From Torpedo marmorata (taxonomy: Eukaryota), in contig OZ360243.1 in the NCBI GenBank assembly GCA_977017645.1, positions 44,206,001 through 44,270,000 on the forward strand: 64,000 nucleotides of DNA, read 5' to 3'. The notes under the pieces were generated by a model. The model was given only the letters and a program-made list of their open reading frames with translations, had not been told where the DNA came from and did no database searches. Made by a program: the position numbers and the translations under genes. Positions 13,989 to 26,912 of the stretch are shown here, piece after piece; the first letter of the stretch is position 1, and each line of letters starts with the position of its first letter.

Positions 13989-15419
13989 CTAAAGAAGTAA
14001 ATAAAGTGGTTGGGACAGTGTAATGAAGAGAAAGAGACCATGAGGTACACCTGTTGTGACCAATGTGCACAAGGGTAGTATTCACTGGAAGTTACTTAAG
14101 GTCTGCTTTAAGTACCCAGAAAAATGGCTTGTTCTACTGTAAAGTAGTGCGTTATCTATGCCAATCGTGGGGAATGCCAGTGGGCCATCAGCTCCTGCCC
14201 CATTTTGAGTATGGAACTAGCAAAGAAATAGAGGTAGCTCTAAAAGGGAAAAAGCTCATTGTAAAAGGGAAAGCTGCAATTTGAAAATGAATCAATAACA
14301 AAGAAAAGAAAATTGCACTACTTTTGATTCTAGAGCTATCGATGATACTGTCACAAGAGTTGAACCTGGAGGCAATCGTTTGACAGAGGCCATTCATTCA
14401 ATCGAAACATCCAACTGGAATCCTTGAATCTGGATGAACAATACAAGTAACTTTTCTCTTATTAAGAGGAAAGATAACATAATTTTACCTCTCCATCTCA
14501 CAATTTTTTGGAGGACTCCAGCAACAATAGATTTCAAACTATTGACCACATTTTAACCACTACAATCACAGTCCTTTTTCTGTATTTTCATGCTTCTTAA
14601 CAAGTCTAACTCAAGAGAGAAAAAATAATCACAGCAAAGTTTAGTTCACCAACTGTTGTATTCTTTACCCAAAGCACTCCACTGGCATTATATTTGTATG
14701 GAAATGCTGAATTAAAAATATAGCGTGATGTTAATGGATATTTTTCTGATTGAAGACAAACATGCATGAGAATTGGCAAGAGGATTGTTGCTTCTGTTGT
14801 TAAACATGTGACCTGGACTCTCAGTATAATTTTATATTTTATGGTTGGTATAAATCTTTGGCTTGTAATAAAAGGTTAGAAAGATATCAGTAGACTTCAG
14901 GAAGAAGTGGACTGATGGATTATGGCCTGACGAATGATGGATACAATTTAATGGAGTTAAGTTGAAATGATGCATATTGGGAGGGAAACATGAAAATACA
15001 AAATAATGTCAATGGCACTGTTTTTGAATGTAAGCAGTGCAGAGAGACATGCAGATACATACATTCAAAGATATTTTCAGAAGTCATGGTACATTAACAA
15101 GACAGTCAAGAAAGTGTTTGAAATATACAAGTTTGTAAATTAAAAAATAAATGCAAAAAGAAGGATGTCATGTTAAAAAAATCTCAATTATAATGAATTA
15201 AATATCAGCAAAAAACAATCAATAAAATTTAATTCACTGATTGTAATAAGAACTGAATAACCAATTTAAATAATTACTAATTACTTATTTATCCAGTCAT
15301 AATAAATGTAAATAGTTAACAAACCAAAAAAAATCATTGGCTAGAGTAAGTAAAATATATTCCTCTAGTGTTTTATCTATTTACTCAATCATAGAGACTG
15401 TGGACTAAAGGGACTCTGT

Positions 15420-15900
15420 TCTTGTTCTACCTGGGGGGAGGTGGGGTGAGAAATAGAGGAGATCCAGGTATGAGCTTTATCAGTGATAGTAGGGTTCATT
15501 TACGAAAGAGGACATTTTGGATGTCCTGGAGTGGAGGCCTCATTCTGAGAATAGGCAGAGGAATTGAGAGAAAGGGAGAGCGTCCTTGCAAGAAACTGGA
15601 TGGAAAGAGGTATAATCCAGGTAGCTGTGGGAGTCAGCAGATTTGTAATAAATGTCCATGGATGGTTTGTCTCCTGAGATAAAGATGGAGAGGTCCAGGA
15701 AGGGGAGAGAGGTCAGAAACAACCCAGGTAGATTCAAGGGCTGGGTGAAAGTTGGCAGTGGAGTTGCCGAGTTCTGCACAGGTACAAGAGGTAGCACAAA
15801 CCGAGTCATCACCGATGCGCAGGAAGAGTTGAGGAATGGACCTGAGTAGGATTGGAACAACAACTGTTTCACATACCTGGCAAAGAGGCAGGCATAGCAT
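15420..15900 (-). mobile_element. Penelope-like retroelement RT fragment
   Basis: LPFLDLSIFISGDKPSMDIYYKSADSHSYLDYTSFHP matches the Penelope RT thumb region. The fragment is degraded. Confidence 0.75.
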
Positions 15901-16146
15901 GACAGAAGAGATTGATTAATAATGGTAACCTAAAGCCCTTAATAAAAAAGGAATGGCTGAAGTGTCATTTCTTTTATCTGTAATTGCACCTACTTAGAAT
16001 AATTTTTCATTTCACATGGGCTTGGTTAATTAATTTGTTACATATGTGAACATTGGAAAAGTATAAACCGGTTATTATATGTATCCCAACACCTCCCTCA
16101 CTCCAGATTGATGGAGTCCAGCCATGTTTTGTCCCTTCAGGTAGAG

Positions 16147-16276
16147 NNNNNNNNNNNNNNNNNNNNNNNNNNNNNNNNNNNNNNNNNNNNNNNNNNNNNN
16201 NNNNNNNNNNNNNNNNNNNNNNNNNNNNNNNNNNNNNNNNNNNNNNNNNNNNNNNNNNNNNNNNNNNNNNNNNNNN
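16147..16276. other. Assembly gap (130 N)
   Basis: Run of N. Confidence 1.
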
Positions 16277-16527
16277 AAAAGAAAGAGACTATCAGTTTGT
16301 AGTCAGCGGAGGATTGTGCCAGCAAGAACAAAAGGGAGAAAGAATTTCTGACTAAAACATGCAAGAAGACAATCTTTTAACAACTCATCAGATAATAAAC
16401 TAAGTATCAGTACACATGCAAATCAGTGCAGAATTTTACTGCGAGAAATAAAAGGGAATCTTGAACAGTTCTATTGCAATTCTCGACTGTATAAATAATG
16501 GGATATTGAATGTGCCAGTGGCTTATA

Positions 16528-17019
16528 CAGGTACATAATCTTTCATCCAAAATTCTGAAAACCAAAACATCAGAAAACCGAACATTTTTTCCATGGATGT
16601 CCTCTGCACACCAAAGCTCACGTTTGGCGCCAAACATGACCCGACGCGACCCACCCCCGTCCAGCGCCATGTCTCAGTGCTCCTACCAGTCAGACGTGCT
16701 GGGAGCCCGAGGTCCCCGCTCCTGCCCAGGAGCCCGAGGCGACTTCTTCGATGCAGACGGCTGCCTGTCCCAGACACCTCCCAACCACCGCAGCCAGTCC
16801 CCGACCGGTCTCCACTCCTGCCCTGGACCCCCCCCCCGTCCAGTGGGGCAGCCCCCCCGTCCAGAGACCCTTCTAGTTGGAGTGTCTTTTTTTTGCACGA
16901 ACCTGAAATCAGCGCAATTACTTAACGTACCGCCGTTACTATTATTCTATTATCCGAAAAATTCCGAATTCCGAAAAGTGTCTGGTCCCAAGGGTTTCGG
17001 ATAAAAGATTATGTACCTG
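16528..17019. mobile_element. Non-autonomous Tigger/pogo-like DNA transposon (MITE) with a GC-rich interior
   Basis: Terminal inverted repeats CAGGTACATAATCTTTCATCC and GGATAAAAGATTATGTACCTG, flanked by TA on both sides. Confidence 0.85.
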
Positions 17020-17664
17020 TATTATTATTTATTTACATTCTTATTACACACAGAAGAAGGCCATTTAGCCCAATGGGTCCATGCCTGTGGGAGCAACCAA
17101 TCATTCCCAAACCATTTCTTATTTCCCTGTTATCCCTGCAACTTATTCTTTTCACTTGCTCATCAACTCCCCTTTGATTACACACCGCCCCCCTCCCCCC
17201 CTTCCCAATGCAATTAGCTTCACTCACTGGTCATTCACAGAAGACAATTAACTAAGCATCACAGCCCTTGGTCATGGGAGGAAATTGAAGTACCTGGCAG
17301 AAACTGACACTGCAACAGGAAGAAAATAAAAACTCCAAACCTGAACACCCAAGGTCAGAATCAAGCACAGGTCCCTTGAGCTACGAGCCAGCAGTGCCAG
17401 CTGGCAAATCTGAGCCCCAATGCATTTATAGTTTGCTTAGACTTCTCACATTCGTGAAACTAATTGTAATCATTTACTACTTTTTCAAGTTGAAACACGC
17501 TTGTCAGCTCAGCTGAATTAATTGTAGGACTAAGAAAAGTCTGCCCAGAGACATTTTCCATCACGTCACTGATACCGTTGAGGTTAAAATGCTTCTTTAT
17601 TAGATATGTAGCCCTAAATTACATCCTTTGTCTATACCTGTAATTTGTTATCAACATCGTGCAT

Positions 17665-17862
17665 CAGTATTCACCAAGGTGGAGGACATGGAGGATAGTG
17701 AGAGCAGTGTGGAGAATGCGAGCGTGTTGAGCATCTTCAGATCAAGAAAGAAGTGGCGCTGGATCTTCTGAAGAACATTACAGTAGATAGCTCTGGGACC
17801 TGTTGGGATATATCCCAGGTTATTGAAAGAGGCAAGAGAGAAGATTACTGGGGCCTTGACGA
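17665..17862 (+). mobile_element. Old CR1 ORF2 fragment
   Basis: Degenerate SVFT...PGP..IYPRLLKEAREKITGAL segment. Confidence 0.6.
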
Positions 17863-19063
17863 AGGACACTTTCAATGTCAATGTGAGTTTATTGTTATAT
17901 ACATAAGTACATTGTAGTGAAACACTGGTTTTTATAGCCACACGGGTACATAAGATACACCAACTACAATAGTAAAAATGAAATTACAACAAATGCCAAG
18001 ACAGAAAAAGAAATATTAAATATCAAAGGACAGATAAATAAATGTTCACAATTTCAGTTAGTGCAAGAAAAAAAGTGACCTTTCAATAGTGCAGACGGAT
18101 CTTTCGGTGGTTCTGGAGTAGTTTATGGTTAGGGTTAGGGTAGAGTGTGGAAGTTCAAGGGCCTGATGGCTGTTGGATAAAAACTCTTCTTGGATCTTGA
18201 GGGGCTGGACTTAAGTCTTCTGTACCTTCCTCCTGAAGGGAGCAGTGAGAAGTGACCAGGGTGATAACTTCAGATAAGTGGTAGCATAGCAAAACTCAAA
18301 AGATTCTATGTTGTATTGCTATGCTATTAGCTTCATTGAAACAGTTTCTCAGGGAGCTGCATGCCTCACTGTACAGCTATCAGGTACATAGTGCTAAAGT
18401 CACCACAGAAATTAAGTGTCCTTCACCGGCTTAATGAATGTTAATTATTGTCAAACATCCTCTGAATGGACAATAACTGCTCCAAATGCTGACTCTCATT
18501 CTTTCAGATTTAAATTGTTGGAAAGGGATTTATTTTAAATTCTTTCATATTCATATTTTTCTTTCCTCTTTTATGCTTCCTACTAAGCTCCTGTCTATTA
18601 ATTATATAAAACTTAAATATGAACGATTGCAGAGATACTCCATTTTTGGCCCCATTCACAGTTCGTAGATTCCTGGATTTTCTCCCTCTGCTATTAGCAG
18701 CTGACATTTTCAATAACCAACAGCAAAAATAAATGTAAAACCCTAAATGTACAAGGGCAAGTCTGTCTAATACCAGGCCTGGTTTTGTAAATGATGGATC
18801 TAAATTTCCATAAAACCTTAAATCGCCTGATTCTGACTTATGCAACAGCAAATGGTGAACATATTGGTGCAGCATTCTTCCATGTGCATTCTCAACAAAA
18901 ACATCATCTTATTTAAATAAACCGGGTCCAAATGAGTGCTGCTCAGAAAACCTCTGAGCTGTTGTTCTTCATAAGGCCTGACAAGATAACAAGTTACTGA
19001 CAACCTTTACATAGGTTGCAAATTTCCCTGCTATTTTATGCAAGATGGGATAAAGAGAATTTA

Positions 19064-19250
19064 AAAAAAAAATTTAGACACACAGCATGGCAACAGGCCC
19101 TTCCAGCCCACAAGCCCATGCCCCCCAAATACACCAATTAACCTATAACCCCCGTATGTTTTTGAAGAGTGGGAAGAAACCAGAGCACCCGGAGGAAACC
19201 TATGCAGACACTGGGAGAACGTACAAACTCCTTAAAGACAGTGCCAGATC
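19064..19250 (-). mobile_element. V-SINE/HE1-like SINE, 5'-truncated
   Basis: Reverse complement of the V-domain-like core (GGAGTTTGTACGTTCTCCC...GGTTTCCTCCGGGTGCTCTGGTTTC). Same family as 59789-60100. Confidence 0.75.
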
Positions 19251-19821
19251 CAGAGACTTTCATTTTTGATAGAAAAATTTGAAGCCGCATTGTCCAATTT
19301 ATGTCGACATAAAATGTGTTGGTGTGAAAAAAATCTTCACAAGAAAATATAAAAGCTCTGAACAAAATATCCATATCAGTTTGTCAGTCAATCTGCAGTG
19401 CTTTCTAATACACTTAAGAAGTGCCTCAGGGTATATTGGAGTCCAATGAAACCTGTGTCAATCCAATTGTTGTCAAGAAATAAATTAACTTAGTGGAGTG
19501 AAAAGGTTGATCTAATACATGAATTTCATATTCATGGAATTGTCTGAAGAGTCACTTATTCAATATAAACCTATCACTACTACAGTGACAGTTTCATTTA
19601 CAGTATAAGTCAGTAATGATGTAAATCAGTTAATCTCCTCTTTCAAAAATATAGAAATTAGGATGCTTCCTGTTGATCAAAACTATTACTGCCTTCTTAT
19701 GTCTGTGGTGTTGCAGATAAAATTGTGAGATTGAACATGAAAGTTCTGAAAACATACAGTATTCAGCGCAGACAATATATAATAAACCTGCATGCCAGAT
19801 AAATTGCAGCTCAACTCAGTG

Positions 19822-20710
19822 TTAGAACATAGAACAGTGCAGGACAAGAACAGGCCCTTCGACCCACAATGTCTGCACTGAACATCATGCCCAATTTAAA
19901 GTAAAACTGCTGCTCACACATATCGCTCTATTCTCTGCATATTCAGATGTCTATCCAGAAGCCTCCTCAGCGCTGCTGTTGTATCTTGTTTCCAGGACTA
20001 CACCTGGCAGCCAATTCCGGGCACCTCTGTGTAAAAACTTGCCCCACACACTCCTTCAAACTCACCCATCATCCCCACCACCCACTTTAAAAGCACGTAC
20101 TCTACTATGTGACATTTTTACCCTGGGAGAAAGATTCTGATTTCTACCCTATGTGTGCCTCTCATAAATTTAATAAACTTCTATCAGGTCTTCCCTCAGC
20201 CTTCAATGCTCTGGTGGAAACAACTTGTGTTCTTCCCATAGCTCATACCCTCTAATCCAGACACAATCTTGATAAATCTGTTCTGCACCCTATGTGTAAT
20301 TGAGCGACCAATTTGCACACAATTCTCCAAGTGTGATCTAACCAAAGTTTTATATGGCTGCAATATGACTTCCATATCCTTCTACTTAATACTCTGTTCA
20401 ATGTAGGCAAGCATGCCATTACATACGCTTTCTTTACCACCCTATCTACTTATGTGGCCATTTTTGAGCTAAGGACCTAGACCTCCAGATCCCTCTGCAC
20501 CTCAATGGTTTCAAGAGTCCTACCATTACCCCTTACATTTGACCTCCCAAAGTGCATCATCTCACACTTGTCCTGATTAAACCTCATCTGTCATTTCTCT
20601 GCCCCTATCTGTAACTGATCCATGTCCTGTGGTATACTTCGATAGCCCTCTACACCATCCACAACTCTACCAATCTTTAAACTTCGAACTTTTTTTGCTC
20701 CACCAATCTC
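19822..20710 (-). mobile_element. Degraded CR1 LINE 3' end
   Basis: AGAACATAGAACA tail; homologous to the RT C-terminal region of the CR1 copies at 23881 and 38731. Confidence 0.7.
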
Positions 20711-20791
20711 TGCGTCATTTGCGTTTACTGAACCAATTCACCTACTTTTTAAAATCTATTTATATTTTATATATATATAGATATATATATA

Positions 20792-22880
20792 CCGTATATT
20801 TCGGTGTATGTCGAGTCTTGAAACCCTCAAAAATCTCTCAAAGAAAGGGGGTCGATTTAGACGCCGGATATACTTTTGAGACCTTAAATTCAGCTAAAAA
20901 ACCGCTCCACACAGATTCGGCGTATAAGTCGACCCTTGAAAACCCGATTCGGCGTATCGGTCGACCCTTGAAAACCTGATTCGGCGTATAAGTCGACCCT
21001 TGAAAACCTGATTCGGCGTATAGGTCGACCCTTGAAAAACAAAAAAAAAACTCAACTGCAACAAATTTTCATTGACATTTTTATTGAAAACAACAACACA
21101 TTAAAAATCTCTTTCGCTATCATCATCTGAGGCAAAGATCTCGGGGGTCAACTTATACGCCGGTCAACGCCCAGCATCTCCCAAAAATCGCGATGCCTGA
21201 GATGATGGGCGTTGACCGGCGTACCTGTCGACCCACAACGATCGCGCTGATTGAGCTGCTGGGCGTTGGCTGGAGGTGATTGTTATCATGGAGGCTCCAT
21301 TGAAATGTCGAAAGTATGAGGCGAGTTTTAAATTAAAAGTGATAGAAATGGCTAAGAAAACCAACAACTGTGCTGCTGCAAGAAAATTTGATATATATGA
21401 GAAGTTGGTAAGAGATTGGAGGAAGAAAGAAGAGACTTTAAGAAAAATACCAAAAAATGCAATGTTCGATGAGAAGAGGAATCACTCGTTGGCTAGAGTT
21501 GGAAAATCATGTCGCAGCATGGGTGCGTGAACAGAGGCAAGATTGCTATATAGTCACCCGAAATAAAATAAGAACATTTGCACTGAAGTGGGCAAAGTCG
21601 CACCCAGAACTCAGTAAAGATTTTGAAGCTACAGTAGGCTGGTGCAACCGTTTCATGAACAGGAAAAATCTGGTATTATGACAAAAAACAAAAATTGCTC
21701 AGAAACTACCAAAAGATCTTGATCATAAAGTTGTAAGTTTTCACCAGTTTATTATACGTAACCGGCAGAAACACCAGTTTGCATTGGTAAATATTGGAAA
21801 CATGGACGAAACCCCCATGAATTTTGACATGATAGGCAATAGAACAGTGGAATGGAAAGGTGTGAAAACTGTGCAAACCAGGAGTACAGGCCATGAAAGG
21901 ACCAGGTTTACTGTGGTGTTATCGTGCATGGCCGACGGGACAAAGTTAAGACCCATGGTAATCTTCAAACACAAATTTAAACATAAAATAAAATTCCCTG
22001 TGAGTATTTTTGTACATTTTCATGAAAAAGGATGGATGGATGAAAATGGTGTAAAATTATGGATAGACAATGTGTGGAACAGGCGGTCAGGCGGTTTACA
22101 CAAGGAACAGAGTTTGCTGGTCTGGGATATGTTTCGTAGCCACTTAACTGAAAACACTAAAAGTAGATTAGCACAACATAATACTTACATGGCGGTTATC
22201 CCGGGTGGTTTGACGTCTATATTGCAACCTCTCGATGTCTGCTTGAACAAGCCATTCAAAGACCATGTGCATGAAGAGTGGAATACATGGATGTCGAGTG
22301 CAGAAAAATCCTTTACAAAAGGCGGGGCAATGCGTGCTGCATCGCTTGATGTGCTGTGTGACTTCGTGCTCAAGGCATGGGACAAAGTGAAAGTAGAGAC
22401 TATAATAAAATCGTTTAAAAAGTGCGGTATCTCTTGTGCAATTGATGGTACGGAAGATGATTTATTGTGGGACACTGACGACGAAGCTGAAGCCGCCTCA
22501 TCAGATACAGACTGGGACCCGTATGATTACTGTTTAAACAGTGAGACCTCCGGATGTGCTTGCTGAGATCTTTGCCTCAGATGATGATAGCGAAAGTGAT
22601 TTTGAAAGATTCTAAATGTCTTGTTGTTTTCAATAAAAATGTCAATGAAAATTTGTTGCAGTCGGGTTTTTTTTTTGTTTTTCAAGGGTCGACTTATAGA
22701 CTGAATCAGGTTTTCAAGGGTCGCCTTATACGCCGAATCGGGTTTTCAAGGGTCGACTTATACGCCGAATCGGCATGGAGCGGTTTTTGAGCTGATTTTA
22801 AGGTCTCAAAAGTATATCCGGCGTATAAATTGACCCCCGTTTTTTGAGAGATTTTTGAGGGTATCAAGACTCGACTTATA
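20792..22880 (+). mobile_element. pogo-superfamily DD35D (Passer/POGK-like) transposon, copy 1, with a rearranged left end; the right end runs into a gap
   Basis: Begins CCGTATATTTCGG after a TA-rich run. The transposase is nearly identical to copy 2. Positions 20792-21144 are an inverted copy of the right end. Confidence 0.9.
21288..22615 (+). pseudogene. pogo DD35D transposase (Brinker-like HTH, CENP-B HTH, DDE), frameshifted and with a premature stop
   Basis: YEASFKLKVI, MDETP, VWDMFRSH and LQPLDV, with 35 residues between the 2nd and 3rd Asp. Frameshifts near 21455 and 22550; TGA at 21679-21681. Confidence 0.88.
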
Positions 22881-23045
22881 NNNNNNNNNNNNNNNNNNNN
22901 NNNNNNNNNNNNNNNNNNNNNNNNNNNNNNNNNNNNNNNNNNNNNNNNNNNNNNNNNNNNNNNNNNNNNNNNNNNNNNNNNNNNNNNNNNNNNNNNNNNN
23001 NNNNNNNNNNNNNNNNNNNNNNNNNNNNNNNNNNNNNNNNNNNNN
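22881..23045. other. Assembly gap (165 N)
   Basis: Run of N. Confidence 1.
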
Positions 23046-23880
23046 CACCAATCCCTGTGGTCACTGGCCTGCTGCCAGAATAACAACTTTCAACCATTAT
23101 CTTCTGTCTTCCTTGGGCAAGCCATGAAATCAATCATGCATTCCCACTTAGTTGTTCCATTGAAGTCTCTAGTGATTGTTTTTCATATTTAAAATATCTA
23201 TAACTAATTTTGGAAGATAGTGTCAAAATATCCTCCAAGGTTTTAAAAATGGCCTAAAATCAACAATATTTTTTTTAGAGGTGCCTGTCTCCTGAATCCC
23301 TTTAGGAAATAAATCTGATTTCTTGATTAGCTCTTGACAACATTCCAGTTTGAAAGATATGCAGTTGGTGGATTTTTTTTTCTTTTTTCTTTTCTACATC
23401 AGTGAATTTGGAGAATATAAATTTGCAATTTTGTTGGATATTTTTGCCATCTTAAAAATAGCTTGAGTGCATTGCAAACATGCAAGGGAGTTTGTAAAGC
23501 TCACATCCCTGATTAATTACAGACATCCTATGAATTTGTTAGATAAGCAGTACAACATGGTCAAATAAGACAAGGGGTTATAAAGTACAGTCTAATCCCC
23601 AGGCCTCTGGTGATATAGATAATAGAGATGGATGAACAACAGTAACTATATCATACTGTTATTTCTACATAAGTACTCAGATAACTATTCTGCATACTTT
23701 AGAATCAGAATTTATTGTCATGAACATGTCACAAAATTTGTTGTTTTGCTGCAGCATCACAATGTAAACATTTATATAAACCACATTTCAAAATAAGTAA
23801 AAATAGTGCAAGAAAAAGAAAACAAAGGGCAATGATTTGATTAACAGGAACTTTCAACTTTAAAAAAAAAATGGAGTTAA

Positions 23881-25444
23881 GAACATAAGAACATAAGAAA
23901 TTAGGAACAGGAGTAGGCCAACCGGCCCATCGAGCCTGCTCCGCCATTCAATAAGATCATGGCTGATCTGATCAATGACCTAACTCCACCTACCTTCCCT
24001 TTCCCCATATCCCCTAATTCCTTTTTTATGTAAAAATCTATCCAACTAAACCTTAAGTATGTTCAATGAAGCAGCCTCAACCGCTTCCCTGGGTAGAGAA
24101 TTCCGCAAATTCACCACTCTCTGGGAAAAACTGTTTTTCCTCATCTCTGTCCTAAATCTACTCCCCCGAATCTTGAGGCTGTGTCCCCTAGTTTTGGTCT
24201 CACCTGCCAGTGAAAAAAACCTTCCTACCTCTATCCTATCCATCCCCTTCATAATTCTATATGTTTCTATAAGATCTCCTCTCATTCTTCTGAACTCGAG
24301 CGAGTATAATCCCAGACGATTTAATCTTTCATCATAAGTCAATCCTTTCATCTCAGGGATCAACCTAGTAAACCTCCTCTGGACTGCCTCCAAGGGCAGT
24401 ATATCCTTCCTCAAATATGGAGACCAGAATTGCACACAGTATTCCAGGTGCAGTCTCACCAGTACCTTGTACAGTTGCAACATTACCTCCCTGCTCCTGA
24501 ATTCAATTCCTCTAGCGATGAAGGCCAACATTCCATTTGCCTTCTTAATAACCTGCTGCACCTGCAACCCAACTTTTTGCGATTCGTGCACAAGCATTCC
24601 CAAGTCCTTCTGCACAACAGTATGCTGCAGTTTTTCACCACTTAAATAATACTCTGCTCTTTTAGTTTTCTTGCCAAAGTGGATAACCTCGCACTTACTA
24701 ACATTGTACTCCATCTGCCACACCTTTGCCCACTCACCTAACTTAACTATATCCCTCTGCAGCCTCTCCACATCCTCAGTACAATTTGCTCTTTCACTCA
24801 ATTTAGTATCATCCGCAAACTTGGCTACACCACATTTTGTCCCCTCCTCCAAATCATCAATGTAAATGATGAACAGTTGTGGGCCTAGCACCGACCCCTG
24901 CGGCACCCCACTTACCACTGTCTGCCAATCAGAAAAACACCCATTTATCCCGACTCTCTGCCTCCTTTCAGACAACCAATCCTCAATCCATGCCAATATA
25001 CTTCCCTGGACTCCTTTCACCTGTAACTTACTGATAAGTCTCTTGTGCGGCACCTTATGAAACGCTTTCTGGAAATCCAAATGTACAACATCAACCTGTT
25101 CCCCTCTATCTACCGCACCCATTATGTCCTCAAAGAACTCTTAACAAGTTTGTCAAACAAGATCTGCCCTTCCTAAACCCATGCTGCGTCTGCCTGATTG
25201 AACCCTTTCATTCTAAATGTCTCACTATTTCATCCTTAATGACAGCTTCAAGCATTTTCCCAACTACAGACGTTAAGCTAATTGGCCAATAGTTCCCAGT
25301 CTTCTGCCTACATCCCTTCTTAAAAAGTGGCGTGACATTTGCTGTCTTCCAATCTGCCGGGACCTGCCCAGAATCCAGAGAATTTTGGTATATGACCACC
25401 AATGCATCGACTATAACTTCTGCCATTTCCCTCAGAACCCTGGG
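23881..25444 (-). mobile_element. CR1 LINE, 5'-truncated
   Basis: RT ORF 24046-25122 (LDFQKAF, VPQGSVLGP, FADD) plus an upstream ORF at 25208-25426. The 3' tail is the 8-bp repeat GAACATAA on the plus strand. Confidence 0.92.
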
Positions 25445-25599
25445 AAGTAATTGATGTGATCCAGTGGCAAACCGTCTTAGTTAATGAGATTGGTTTCCCT
25501 TGCACAAAAGGAAAGCATGCAGGGAATATATAACAAGATGCAGGATGAATTCTGTGGAAATAGCAAAGGCTCCTTTTTTTCCACTTAAGGGTTGTGGTC

Positions 25600-26300
25600 T
25601 TCACAAGCTGAGCTGGCATTTAATTACCCAGTCTTAATTGGTCTTGAGAATGTGGTGGCTGGCTTCTCGAACTGCTGTAGACCTTTGGGTGTGAGTATAC
25701 CTACAATGCTGTTAGAGAAGGGAGTTCCAAGATTTTGACCCAGCAATGGTGAAGGAATTCCAAGTCAGGATGGTGATTTACTTCCAGATTGTGGTGTTCC
25801 CCATGCTTTTGCTTCCCCTGTCCTTACTGCTGGTAGAGGTCCTTGGTGAGTTGCGGCAATGCATCCTGTGGTTGGTACAAACTGCTATTACCATGAGGTG
25901 GTGGCTGTGGATGGGGCACCTATCAAGAGGGCTGCAATGTCCTATATGGTAATGAGCTTCTCAAGTGTCATTGAAGCTGTATTCATCCAGGCAAGTGGTG
26001 AGCATTCCATTACACTCTTGCCTTGAGCCTTATGGATGGTGGACAGGCTTTGGGGAGGTAGGAGGTGACTTACTTGCCACAGGATTCCTCGCTTCCGACA
26101 TGATCCTGTAGCCACATTGTATATATGTCTACTCCAGTTCAGTTTCTGGTCAATGGTAACCACCAGGATATGGATAGTGGGGGATTCAGTGATGGTAATA
26201 CCATTGAATGTCAGGAGGTAATAGCTGGACTTTCTCTTGTTGGTTATCATTATTACATAGCACTTCTGTGGCACAAATACTACTTACCACCTGTCAACCC
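25600..26300 (-). mobile_element. Ancient CR1/L2-group LINE 3' fragment
   Basis: ILVVTIDQKLNWSRHI...LSTIHKAQGKSVMECSPLAWM resembles the post-RT region. Related fragments lie near 35640-35800 and 36280-36400. Confidence 0.6.
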
Positions 26301-26912
26301 AGGCATTTATATTGTTGGACAGTTATAAAGAATTTCTGGAATGATAAGAGTTGACTTACTTGGCACCACATGCAAAACTAGGTCAACCCATTTTAATCCG
26401 GTGACATAGTTTATTTGCCAAAGTACTTTCTTTATTGTGTTATTGTCCAATAGAACCTGAAGGCCCACCCAGAACTGTCCAGGTGGCTTTTGGCAGAATA
26501 CTGATCTACAGAGATATTTTAAAACAGTTTAAATGAATTAAAATAATTAATACAAATAAATTATTTAAAAACAATTATCATAAGAATAATACATTTACTT
26601 GAAGAAAATAAACTATTGTAAATTAATAAAACAAAGATAAAATGAAATAAGCAGAAAAAAATAAAAAGAACACTGAACCTACAGTGGCCATCTTTAATCG
26701 GGGGAAAGGGAAGGGCCTATGTGTCGAGAGGTCGGTGTGTAATAATGATCTCCAGTAAGCTGTGGAGGTGATATGTATGAGGTGTGCTGATGGAGGGAGT
26801 TCGGGCAGCTGGGGTGTTAGAAGCTCTCCTGCTTTTTATAAACTACAAATAGTACGATATAACATCCTTCCCTGACAGCAGTCCTCTCCTCACTTCAGAT
26901 GCCATGATTTCC

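Noticed and set aside
16053-16364. ORFs containing X runs (also 22706-23133)
   Set aside because: They are artefacts of translating through assembly gaps.
20905-21040. 32-bp repeat array (also 22680-22770 and 63175-63300) superficially resembling a CRISPR array
   Set aside because: The units are contiguous with no unique spacers, and they are subterminal repeats of the pogo transposon in eukaryotic DNA.
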